Source: a virus (taxonomy: Duplodnaviria > Caudoviricetes). Taken from it: a stretch of DNA of 40,245 nt. Shown one piece after another: positions 1 through 9,700 of this stretch (position 1 is the stretch's first letter; the number at the start of each line of letters is the position of its first letter). A program made the position numbers and the translations under genes. The notes beneath the pieces are model-generated. The model was not told the origin of the DNA. It made no database searches and saw only the letters and a list, made by a program, of their open reading frames with translations. Where the stretch lies: the IMG/VR virus record IMGVR_UViG_3300030372_001081, positions 1-40,245 of that record. One strand, written 5' to 3'.

Positions 1-99
1 ACTCGTTGTTTATCTGCCGCTACAACCCAAGAGAAAATACAACAGCAGATCTTGGCTAACAAGAGGCTTGATTTTGAAATTGCGAGGCTTCGTGAGTGC
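1..99. repeat. Contig-end direct repeat (circular assembly overlap), copy 1
   Basis: Bases 1-99 are identical to 40147-40245, and one ORF reads in frame through the junction. Confidence 0.97.
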
Positions 100-285
100 T
101 CTAAATTTAAACTTCAAGGAATAAATTTTGCTCCTACTAGCTCTGCTTATTCTATTTGTTCAGATATTTTGACCAGACCTTTTAAGGAAAAGCCAATAGA
201 TCACGTTCATTCTATTTCCTCAGACTCTTCTGCTCCTCTCGGCGTTCACGAAGTGACAGCACCTTCGGTTTCTTCCCCCGAATAG
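1..285 (+). CDS. 3' part of a putative exported cyanophage protein spanning the circular junction
   Basis: Frame is continuous with 39562-40146 (...DKRFTTRCLSAATTQEKIQQQILANKRLDFEIARLREC...); the track ORF 52-285 is only its C-terminus. Confidence 0.85.
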   Translation, partial: TRCLSAATTQEKIQQQILANKRLDFEIARLRECSKFKLQGINFAPTSSAYSICSDILTRPFKEKPIDHVHSISSDSSAPLGVHEVTAPSVSSPE

Positions 286-982
286 CAAGAAGTTTCTTTG
301 TAATCTTCTTAGAGATCTTCTTAACCTGCCCCTTCATTTGCTTCTGGAGCATCTTTGCTATTGGTTGACCCAATACAGTGACACCGATAACTGAAGTAAC
401 AGCTATCGCACTTGTATTAAGTAGTGTCGTTGGTGGAGGAGTGTAAGTGTTAACAACTTCCAGTACACTTCTTTCCTCGTATAGGACTTTGCATTGATTT
501 CCATCTTGTTCATACCCCCGAATTATTTTTGTTCCGTACTTTCCTATTGCTCCTACAGGTAAATCATCAGGTCTAGGGCAAGGCAGGATTTTAGGAACTA
601 AAGGATTTGTTGGTGGTGGGTTATTGTCGTCTGTCGTTGAAGTGGATTGTTCTTTCTTTTCTTCTTGTTTAGCAGAATTAATTTTTGGTGTGGTGGGTTG
701 TGGAACTTCTTCTATATCTTCTGGCCTGTAATCAACAGGATTGAAAGAAGGCATCCCTGCATCACAGTACACCTGAACGCCCCTATCGTCATCTGTTTTT
801 AATTTCTTATTGTTACCTGAGTCTGGATGTGCTTCTACACAGCCAGGGATTTCAAATATTAAATTAGGCTGTTCTAATGTAAGAGTTATGGGTTGAACAT
901 TGGGGATGTTCGGAGAAACTCTGTCGATAGAATTATCAGGGATAAAAATATTATCGACTTGTATATCTGGTATTTCATCCAC
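212..982 (-). CDS. Membrane-anchored hypothetical cyanophage protein (Pro-rich, several Cys, C-terminal TM helix and basic tail)
   Basis: 256-aa ORF with hydrophobic SAIAVTSVIGVTVLG followed by a Lys-rich tail; abuts the upstream gene. Confidence 0.8.
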   Translation of the reverse strand: MDEIPDIQVDNIFIPDNSIDRVSPNIPNVQPITLTLEQPNLIFEIPGCVEAHPDSGNNKKLKTDDDRGVQVYCDAGMPSFNPVDYRPEDIEEVPQPTTPKINSAKQEEKKEQSTSTTDDNNPPPTNPLVPKILPCPRPDDLPVGAIGKYGTKIIRGYEQDGNQCKVLYEERSVLEVVNTYTPPPTTLLNTSAIAVTSVIGVTVLGQPIAKMLQKQMKGQVKKISKKITKKLLAIRGKKPKVLSLRERREEQKSLRK

Positions 983-1504
983 TTAACAATCTACGAAGTC
1001 ACCGCCAATATCTTTACCAATCTGTCCTGCTTTCTTGACAGCAAATCCACTAGCAATCCAGCCTATGATTGGGATGTTAGCTAATGTACTAGCAGCAGGA
1101 GTAGCAGTAACTAGAGAAGCTCCTACTATTTCACCATTAGATTCTGCACTACCTTTGTTCTTTATACATTGAAGATAGTCAGCAGCTAATGTTGCGTTTG
1201 CTCCAGGTTGATGTGCAACATATTCTTTCCTTGTGTAATCAGTTTTACCGTTCCATTTAGATTTTTCTGAACTAAATAAAACTGTTTTAGGTGAGTGCAT
1301 GTTATGCCTTATCATCACCTCCAATCCTTTCTCGTCTTTCTTATATCGCATCTGGCTACTACTGTTTTCTGTAGTTGCTAGCGATGCAAGATTAGGCAGC
1401 GAATCCCCTGACCTACTTAGTAGGACAAGGGAAAAGAAATTGCTACCGATTAATCCAAGACCGAGGAGAAGAGGAAGATAGGTACCTTCCTTCAACTGTG
1501 TCAT
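983..1504 (-). CDS. Membrane protein with N-terminal TM and C-terminal glycine-zipper-like region
   Basis: 173 aa; LPLLLGLGLIG N-terminus; GEIVGASL...IPIIGWIASG...GQIGKDIGG. Confidence 0.8.
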   Translation of the reverse strand: MTQLKEGTYLPLLLGLGLIGSNFFSLVLLSRSGDSLPNLASLATTENSSSQMRYKKDEKGLEVMIRHNMHSPKTVLFSSEKSKWNGKTDYTRKEYVAHQPGANATLAADYLQCIKNKGSAESNGEIVGASLVTATPAASTLANIPIIGWIASGFAVKKAGQIGKDIGGDFVDC

Positions 1505-1689
1505 AACTTAGGCAATCCTGTTGTGGTGGGCATTGAAGGCATTGATTGTTTAACCAATTCAGGGATTTGACCCTTTACCTTATCTAAGATTGTATTCACA
1601 ATCTTATCTTTATTCAAGTATGTAAAAGTTCCACCACCAACTGCTATTACAAGAAAAGCAGTATTTATGTAGGTAAGAATTTTTATCAT
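1501..1689 (-). CDS. Small single-TM membrane protein
   Basis: ATG at 1689 overlaps the upstream TGA; hydrophobic ILTYINTAFLVIAVGGGTF. Confidence 0.75.
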   Translation of the reverse strand: MIKILTYINTAFLVIAVGGGTFTYLNKDKIVNTILDKVKGQIPELVKQSMPSMPTTTGLPKL

Positions 1690-1892
1690 ACTGAGCAATT
1701 TTCGTTCTCTGTTTCTTCAACAGCAGGTGTTTCTTCTGCTGCAATAAGTTCATTTAACTCAGCGATTGCACCAGACTTTGCTTTAATTATTTCAACAAGA
1801 TTATTAATTTCTTGTTGTCTTTGGTTGTATTCAGCAGTTAAAGCTTGAATTTCTTGTTGACGTAGATCTCTACGTTCTGTAAGTGCTGACAT
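1686..1892 (-). CDS. Small coiled-coil protein, possibly fibre-associated
   Basis: 68 aa with heptad pattern; in operon behind the tail fibre. Confidence 0.75.
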   Translation of the reverse strand: MSALTERRDLRQQEIQALTAEYNQRQQEINNLVEIIKAKSGAIAELNELIAAEETPAVEETENENCSV

Positions 1893-1894
1893 GA

Positions 1895-2143
1895 TTAGTA
1901 AAGTCCTTTTCCTTTAGTGATGGCTGCATCAATAGCAGTAAAGTTTTCAGAAGTCCAGATCGAAGTTGTTCCATCTGTCTTTTTATAAGCCTTGATAATT
2001 TCAAGATGCTCTACGTTCCTTTGAATCTTGTCTTTAAAATCTGCATCAGTTTCATCTGAACCTTGAGCAGTGTCGATAACAGTAACGCTATCTCCAGCAG
2101 CAGAAAAAATTGCTGCTACTTCATCGGCTGTTCTTTCTTCCAT
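1895..2143 (-). CDS. Hypothetical protein, probable tail-fibre partner or assembly factor
   Basis: 82-aa ORF directly downstream of the fibre gene; function inferred from position only. Confidence 0.75.
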   Translation of the reverse strand: MEERTADEVAAIFSAAGDSVTVIDTAQGSDETDADFKDKIQRNVEHLEIIKAYKKTDGTTSIWTSENFTAIDAAITKGKGLY

Positions 2144-2168
2144 GAGGATAAAAGTGAATGGTTAAATT

Positions 2169-5100
2169 CTACCCTGCTTCGAGGGCAGCGACTTTTGTAG
2201 CTAGTTCTTTAATTGCATTCACTAAAACAGGAACCAATCTTTCATATTTCAAACCGTATGCTGTGTCATCTTCGTTGAGATTAACAACAAGCATGTCATC
2301 TTTATTAGTTGGATTACCTTCAATAGCTAATACATCTTGAGCTAAGAATCCAATATGTTTCTTATTACGTTTCTTACTTCCATCTGGTGTGTTGTTATCA
2401 TACCAAGAACGTTTGTCCCAACGATATGTAATAGGGTTTAATTGATTAATCCAATTTAATCCATGAGTAAAGTTGGTAACATCTGTTTTATCCCTAGAGT
2501 CAGAAGACGATATAGATGTATCAGCACAATATAGATTCTGAATATCATTATTACCTAAACAAACAACATTATAATCAGTAGTTAACTGCCCAGAAGGAGA
2601 ATTGGATCTACCAGAATCTTTACCAAGTAATAAATTATTATAACCTGTTGTAAGATCATAACCAGCAGTCCTTCCAACACTAGTGTTGTAATAACCAGTT
2701 GTTGTCTCATATAGTGAATTTAGACCTACAGCAACATTATCATAAGCAGTTGAAGCAGTCCTTAAAGTATCTCTACCAAGAGTAGCATTACCAGCACCAG
2801 TTGTTAAATTAATTCCAGCATAGTGTCCAATTAAAGCATTATCATTTGCTGTAGTTAAAGCACCTCCTGCACTTTTACCAATAGCAGTATTCTGAGATGC
2901 AGTTGTAAGTGCTGATAATGCATTATCACCAATAGCAGTATTATAATTTCCTGTTGTGGCGTGATCTAATGCGTAATAACCTACAGCAGTGTTTTGCTCT
3001 CCTGTTGAATTTGTATATAAAGCAGCTTTACCAATAGCAGTATTACGATCACCAGTTGTATTTGAATATAATGCTTGGTGCCCAAGAGCAGTATTATCTA
3101 TTCCTGTTGTGTTTGCATATAAACCAGATTCACCTATAGCAGTATTATAAGTTCCTGTAGTATTTGTGTACATTGCATTATGACCTAATGCACAGTTATC
3201 TCCACCTGTAGTTGTATTAGCCAAAGCATGTTCACCAACAGCAGTATTATCATTAGCTGTAGTTGCTGATGTTAAAGAATTATGTCCAACAGCAGTATTA
3301 TCACCGCCTGTTGTATTTGCGTCTAATGCATAAGCTCCAACAGCAGTGTTTCTGCTTGCAGTTGTATTCCCACCTAATGCTGATTGACCAAGACCAACGT
3401 TATAATTACCTGTAGTATTTGCGTCTAAAGAATCTTCACCAACAGCAGTGTTAGAAACACCAGTTGTACAAACTAATAAAGAGTCTCTTCCTATAGCTGT
3501 ATTGTAGGTTCCAGTAGTAAGTGCATCTAATGCTTCATATCCAACAGCAGTGTTACTATGACCTGTTGTGTTTGCAGCTAAAGCCTGATACCCTACAGAA
3601 ACGTTTTTCTCTCCTGTGGTGTTACTATATAAAGCTTGACTACCTACAGAAGTATTATAACCACCAGTTGTAGTTGAATATAACGCCCTATCACCTAAAC
3701 CAACATTATAACCACCTGTTGTGTTTGTTTTCAGTGAATCATACCCAATAGCAGTGTTTGGGGTTCCTGTTGTGTTTGCTGCTAATGCACTATAACCAAC
3801 ACCAACGTTATTAGCTGCGGTTGTATTTGCATATAAAGCACCAGTACCTAGCCCAGTATTACTAGCACCTGTTGTGTTTGCAGATAAAGCTTGATGACCT
3901 ACAGCTGTATTGAAATTTGCAGTTGTATTAGCATCTAAACATTCATTACCAACTGCTGTATTACCTGCACCAGTTGAGTGTACTAACATGCAAAGCCTAC
4001 CAACAGCAACGTTATCAGTTCCAGTTGTGTTTGCATTTAAAGCACCAGAACCAACAGCCGTATTCTCAGAACCAGTTGTATTGTTCTTTAAACAATCATT
4101 ACCAACAGCAACATTAGTACTTCCTGTTGTGTTGAGATGTAATGCAGCGTAACCAAATGCAGTATTCCAAGATGCAGTATTAGATCCTAGTGTTCCGTAA
4201 CCTGTAGCAGTATTATAAGAAGCGGTTGTGTTAGCGTCTAAGGAATAAGCACCAACAGCAACGTTACCTGCTCCTGTTGTGTTTGCTTTTAAAGCAAAAT
4301 AACCAACAGCAGTATTGTTGTCTGCTGTCGTATTATCTTGTAAAGCACTGTATCCTAATGCGACATTATAATCTCCAGTAGTGTTGTAATATAAAGAATC
4401 CTGACCAACACCAATATTTCTAATACCTGTAGTGTTGGTTATTAATGTTCTATAACCTACAGCAGTGTTTCCACTTCCTGTTGTGTTTGCTTTTAAAGCA
4501 GCATAACCTGTTGCTGTATTATAAGAAGCTGTAGTGTTATACCTTAAGGCTTGTGCTCCTGTTGCTGTATTCTGTTCTCCTGTAGTGTTTGTAGTTAAAG
4601 CTATATGTCCTAAAGCAGTATTTTCGTTAGCTGTTGTATTAGCGTCTAACGCAAGACTACCTAAAGCTACGTTTTCTGTTCCTGTTGTATTTGCAAATAA
4701 GGCATCTTTACCTACGGCGGTATTATTATTTGCAGTTGTGTTGGAATCTAAGGCGTATGCACCAACAGCAGTGTTAAAACTTCCTGTCGTATTAGAATCT
4801 AAGGCGTAAGCTCCTATTGCAAGGTTTCTATCTCCTGTAGTTATAGCTGTACCTACGTTATATCCAAATAAAGTATTATTAGTTGCATCTGTTCCAGTAA
4901 AACTATCTCCTGCGTTTGTACCAGCAACAGTATTATATTGTGCGTCACTACCTATAGCATCGTTAGCTACATATGCAGCAGCTATTGCTGTTCCTTGCCA
5001 TGTACCTGTACCTATAGTTCCTAATGTTGTGACATTAGTACTACCAGCCCAAGCTGCAAGTTCAGCATCAGTAGTTAAATCTCCAGTAGCTGTTACACCA

Positions 5101-6740
5101 CTTTGCCAAGATGATCCGTTATATACCTTTAACTCATTACCAGTGGTATCAAAGTAAAGATCACCTGTATCTAAGCTAGATGTAGGTGCAGAACTAGCTA
5201 CACGATATTTATCAGAGAAGCTATTAACATTAGCTATATTTGTAGCTACTGTATTAACATTTGCTATTGATCCTCCAACATTATTTACGTTAGAGATAGA
5301 TCCAGCAACTGTAGTTATATTGCTATTTGCTCCAGCTACAGTATTAATGTTGGTGTTATTGTTTCCAACAGTATTAATATTAGCTATGTTTGAAGCTACT
5401 GTTGTTACCTCTGTAGCTTTAGATGACAACCTATGGAAGGTATAAGTATTAAGTGTAGAAGTAGTCTCGACTAATAATCCATAACCAGCACTATAAGTTG
5501 TGCTATTAGCTGCTCCATTAATGGTAACTGTAGAGTTGCCTACGGTTCCATTGGAGATAGAAATTACACCACTACCATTTGAAGTTAAGTTTCCAGCTAG
5601 AGATCCAATACTAACGATTGTTCCAGCACCGTTATTTACATCAGGGTTAGCGTTAGGGAAGCTAGTCTCATTTGCTATTGGTACGAAACCACCTACATCA
5701 TCAACAAGATCAATAATCCTTGCATCAATAGCAGAAGTAGTTGCAATCTTATTATCAGCAGCACTCCAAGTTTCTCCTGATTGAATCTCTTCTAAAGTAT
5801 CTTTTCCGTAGAAAATCTCACCTGCTCTTTTTGCTGAGTAAGTTTTAGTGTCACTTGTGGATGTACCAGAAGTAACAACTGCTGTACCACTCATGTCATT
5901 AATGACAGGAGAAGTAAGAGTTTTGTTTGTTAATGTTTCTGATCCTGTCAGCGTTGCGGCTGCATTTACCTTTGCGTGATCAGCATCAGTAAATACATTT
6001 GAATCGGTTGCTGCTTCTACTGCTGTTCTTATTTCTGCTGGTGTTTGATCGTCTTTAGCTCCTGTATCTATACCATCTAGTTTTGTTTTATCAGCAGCCG
6101 ACATACTACCTGCATTGCTTCCAGTAGCAGCCTGGAGCTTGCTTCCTGAGATAGCTGCACTTGCGTTTACGTCAGCATCAACAATCTCTCCATTAGCAAT
6201 ATCTGCACTTGTGATTGTTCCATCTTCGATCTGAGCAGAAGTAAATACCTTTGTATCTACATAGTTCTTAGTTGCTGCATCCTGTGCTGCTGTTGGATCT
6301 GCAACTTTAGTCAGTCTTAAATTACCAGCACTAGATTCTCCCATTGAAGGAAGACCAGTAGCTTCATCAACACTGACTGTTTTACCTTGGTTATCTTTTA
6401 GTTCCTGGTCAATATATAAACTTTGTAAAGCACTTGTATCTAAGTCATTAGCAGTAAGGGTTGAACCATCTGCATAATCGACAAGAGGAGTTCCTAGTGA
6501 TGAATTTCTTCTTACTTCTACTCTTAAGTTTGCTGACGCTATACCTGTATTAAGTCGTATCAGTTTAGGAGATACGTTAGTTATTACTTGGTATTGGGCA
6601 GATCCTGATCCTTGAGTGATCTTGTTGTAGTTGAGGAAAACCTCAATGTGCTCTTCTTTGATGTAAGGGAAGGTGAACTGAAAGTCAGTAGTACCCTGTG
6701 CTGACGAAGAATTGACTATGTACGATGCTGTGTAACTCAT
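2169..6740 (-). CDS. Tail fibre: T7 gp17-like N-terminal domain, long 14-aa repeat region, C-terminal peptidase S74 intramolecular chaperone
   Basis: N-terminus FQFTFPYI...VDYADGSTLTANDLD; repeats xNTTGxxNTAVGxxAL; C-terminus SDSRDKTDV...YGLKYERLVPVLVNAIKEL. Confidence 0.93.
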   Translation of the reverse strand: MSYTASYIVNSSSAQGTTDFQFTFPYIKEEHIEVFLNYNKITQGSGSAQYQVITNVSPKLIRLNTGIASANLRVEVRRNSSLGTPLVDYADGSTLTANDLDTSALQSLYIDQELKDNQGKTVSVDEATGLPSMGESSAGNLRLTKVADPTAAQDAATKNYVDTKVFTSAQIEDGTITSADIANGEIVDADVNASAAISGSKLQAATGSNAGSMSAADKTKLDGIDTGAKDDQTPAEIRTAVEAATDSNVFTDADHAKVNAAATLTGSETLTNKTLTSPVINDMSGTAVVTSGTSTSDTKTYSAKRAGEIFYGKDTLEEIQSGETWSAADNKIATTSAIDARIIDLVDDVGGFVPIANETSFPNANPDVNNGAGTIVSIGSLAGNLTSNGSGVISISNGTVGNSTVTINGAANSTTYSAGYGLLVETTSTLNTYTFHRLSSKATEVTTVASNIANINTVGNNNTNINTVAGANSNITTVAGSISNVNNVGGSIANVNTVATNIANVNSFSDKYRVASSAPTSSLDTGDLYFDTTGNELKVYNGSSWQSGVTATGDLTTDAELAAWAGSTNVTTLGTIGTGTWQGTAIAAAYVANDAIGSDAQYNTVAGTNAGDSFTGTDATNNTLFGYNVGTAITTGDRNLAIGAYALDSNTTGSFNTAVGAYALDSNTTANNNTAVGKDALFANTTGTENVALGSLALDANTTANENTALGHIALTTNTTGEQNTATGAQALRYNTTASYNTATGYAALKANTTGSGNTAVGYRTLITNTTGIRNIGVGQDSLYYNTTGDYNVALGYSALQDNTTADNNTAVGYFALKANTTGAGNVAVGAYSLDANTTASYNTATGYGTLGSNTASWNTAFGYAALHLNTTGSTNVAVGNDCLKNNTTGSENTAVGSGALNANTTGTDNVAVGRLCMLVHSTGAGNTAVGNECLDANTTANFNTAVGHQALSANTTGASNTGLGTGALYANTTAANNVGVGYSALAANTTGTPNTAIGYDSLKTNTTGGYNVGLGDRALYSTTTGGYNTSVGSQALYSNTTGEKNVSVGYQALAANTTGHSNTAVGYEALDALTTGTYNTAIGRDSLLVCTTGVSNTAVGEDSLDANTTGNYNVGLGQSALGGNTTASRNTAVGAYALDANTTGGDNTAVGHNSLTSATTANDNTAVGEHALANTTTGGDNCALGHNAMYTNTTGTYNTAIGESGLYANTTGIDNTALGHQALYSNTTGDRNTAIGKAALYTNSTGEQNTAVGYYALDHATTGNYNTAIGDNALSALTTASQNTAIGKSAGGALTTANDNALIGHYAGINLTTGAGNATLGRDTLRTASTAYDNVAVGLNSLYETTTGYYNTSVGRTAGYDLTTGYNNLLLGKDSGRSNSPSGQLTTDYNVVCLGNNDIQNLYCADTSISSSDSRDKTDVTNFTHGLNWINQLNPITYRWDKRSWYDNNTPDGSKKRNKKHIGFLAQDVLAIEGNPTNKDDMLVVNLNEDDTAYGLKYERLVPVLVNAIKELATKVAALEAG
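2620..4940 (-). repeat. Degenerate coding tandem repeat, 42-bp (14-aa) period, roughly 50-55 units
   Basis: Recurrent cctgttgtgtttgc and ccaacagcagt on the plus strand; NTAVG/NTAIG in the protein. Confidence 0.9.
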
Positions 6741-6748
6741 GGCTTAAT

Positions 6749-9700
6749 TTAGGCTTGGGCTAATTGCTTCCAGTCTTCAAGACTGTTGATGGACATATCG
6801 TAATCACTAAAGCGTGTTTTTTCCTTGATTTCCTTTTGTTGTTTGAATAATTTTAATTGATAGCCTAATGATTCAGGTGTTCCATCATCCATCTCTTCTA
6901 TAAAGTATTCCATAGCTAACTGTTTATATCTTTGTTCTAAATCATCCCATGCTTTATCTCTATCTGACTTGAATCCTTTCTTGTTTTCGTAAGGTAATGA
7001 TTTATAGCGTACGCTTTCTGTAATCATTTTTCTTAACGCTTGAGGTAATGTCAAACCATTTGCATCAGGTTTAGTTTTTGAACCTGGTGGGTATGGAAGT
7101 TTAATTTCTTTAGTTGCTATTTCTATCAGTCTATTTAATTCAGTTCTGTTCAATGTACGGTTTGGTAAACCAGAAGATCTCCTACCAAATAACAATCTGT
7201 TACTACCCATCCTTAATCTTTCTTCATCTATAGGATCTGTTGATTGATGCCTTCCTCTGAACGCTGCTAATGGGGTCATTTGATCGTGTATCGCTTTTAT
7301 AAAACTAGATTCTTCATCTATTAGCATTGAGCCTGGAACTCTAGCAGCAGGTATAGGATTTCCTGTGTATGAATTTAAAATAGGTGGAGCAGTTTTAGAA
7401 AGGTAAGGTATATTTCTCTTCCACATGTTGTATGAAGTAGCAAGAATATTACTTCCAGTATCGTAATCTCTTTCGTATGGATCTATTGAGTACCTTGCTG
7501 CTTTAACAATTGCTGGCCCACCTGCTCCACCTGTACCTGTTAAGAACTGCAATATAAATTTCTCAAGTTTATTTTGATCTCCTTTAAGTTCGTCTGTAAT
7601 TTCTGAATTAAACCATTCAACAAGAGTTCCTATTTTCCTAAAGCCACCAGTAACATCTCTTTGAAAGATGTTAAGTCCAGTTTTTGAAATAGCAGGAGCG
7701 ACAGAAGTTAATGCACAATATCCAAACCAAGCATCACTTTCTTTTTGATTACAGTCTTCAAGAACATCTGTATATGCACCTGCTGCTGTAAGAACTATTC
7801 TTAATTGTTCAAATGTATCTGTCGGGAACCATCTTGTATATTCACCATTCCAAGGCAATTTAAAACGTATGCTTTCAGGTTGCTTACCTGTTTCTTTCCA
7901 TTCATTTCTTTTCTTTTGATCTACAGGTAATGGCCCTGAAATTTCAACAACACCAAAAACACTTAAGGCAGCAGCCATGCCTAAGAAGTTTTGAGCAAGA
8001 GAAATTTCACCTAATGCTTTAGCTCTTGTTCCATAATCTTGACTGTGAATATCTCTCCAATAACTATCAACATAATTATTTGCACCAGGTATTACTCTTA
8101 ATGCACTTTTAGTCATATTGACTGGAGTTCTATTTGTTGCTTGAAGAAGATAAGCAACATGACCAGGACTGTTATTTAAAAGTTTTTGCCATAACTCACC
8201 AGGCATATTAATCATTGCTTCCATTGATCCTCCAAATGTTGCTTTGTCTCCTTTGCTATATCGTTCAAATTGCTCTCCTTCTTTAATCCAAGTTAAGGCT
8301 CTCTCAAAAATTTCTCTCTTATCAGTTAACCCTTCTTCTTTCGCTGCTCTTACTCCATATTCAAAAGTCCTTGCTTCGTTCTTTACAGAAATATCATCAG
8401 TGAATTGAATCCAATCCATCACGTTCTTTGCGTGTTGACCTTTTAATCGACCTTTTTCAATCATCGTTCCATCTTTTAGTCGAATATGTGCAAATAATTT
8501 TTTAAGTTGTAAATTTGTTTTTTCAAAAGCTGATTCATATATTTCTTGGAAATGAGTTTCGGGGTTCAAATTGTCTCTCATTGCTATTTCTGCAATATTC
8601 ATTTCCATTAACCTTGTAAATTCAGAGGTAGGGCCAACCATTCCACTGTGAAAACTATCTATACCTGCTAAAAGTCTTCCTGCTCCTGTTCTTAATGGTT
8701 CTGAAATACCATGTCTCCACATTAAAGATAAAGGATTTGATGAAGGATCTAGCCACCATTCTTTACCAGTAAGTGTTACTGGATCTTCTGTAATCGTTTG
8801 AGGATTGAAGTCTAGTTCTAATTGATTTGTATTGTCAGAATAATTTTTACGAAACTCATCAAACTCACCACGACCTAAGTTTACAAATACTTCATTATGC
8901 TTAATGGCAGAATAAGCCATTCTTATGGCATAAGGTAATTGTTGGAAATATTTTGAATATTGTGAGAGATAAAGTCGCTGTCTTACTTTTGACATTGACA
9001 TTTGAAAGTCATTCATATTGCCACCAATATCATCAAATTTATTTAACAAATTACGTTGTAGTCTTGCCTCTCCCATCCATTGAGTAACAGGAAGAACAGC
9101 AGCCCTAAATTCAGTGCCACCAAAGACTTTCATCATTGTAGAAGCACTAAGAAACAGCCAATTCCTCCAAATGTCATACCATGTTTCTTCTGTTAATTTA
9201 CCTTTTGGTACATCATTAATTAATTCGACAATATCTCCAATAGGAGATCTAGTTAAAGATTGTGGGTCGTTTAATTCATAAGCAACAGCACTCATCGCAT
9301 CTAATATTCTTAACAATTCAGGTGTCATTCTTCCTTCTTTTAATGCTTCTCTTGCTCCTTTTGGAAGTTTGTTTTCTATAACTTTAGTAGTATTTCTAAT
9401 TGCTTGTTCTATTAAAGAACTAACTGGTTCTGTGTCTACTTTCTCTGGTGGTATAGATGCTGCTGATCTAACAATTCTATTCGCATCATTAGGATCAAAA
9501 ATAACTACTTGATCTCCAGATTGAGGCTTACTTGTAAAGTCTGTTGCGTACCTAATGCCCTTATAGCCTTTGTTTTCAGCGTAATTCTTTATTGCTTCTT
9601 GTTGTTTAGGTGTAAGTGTTACTCCGTCTTTTGCTTTCTTAGGCTTGCCTAACTTTAATTCAATTAGTAAATCTGTAATACTTTTGTTGCTACCAGCAAG

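Noticed and set aside
1-99. 99-bp end repeat as the biological terminal repeat
   Set aside because: It lies mid-gene and has a typical assembler k-mer length; the real termini are more likely near 35450-35800
2620-4940. Fibre repeats as a CRISPR array or DGR template/variable repeats
   Set aside because: The repeats are degenerate and in-frame coding, with no spacer structure and no reverse transcriptase or cas gene
3910-5784. Plus-strand ORFs 3910-4152, 4534-4809 and 5500-5784
   Set aside because: Antisense shadows of the repetitive fibre gene caused by codon bias
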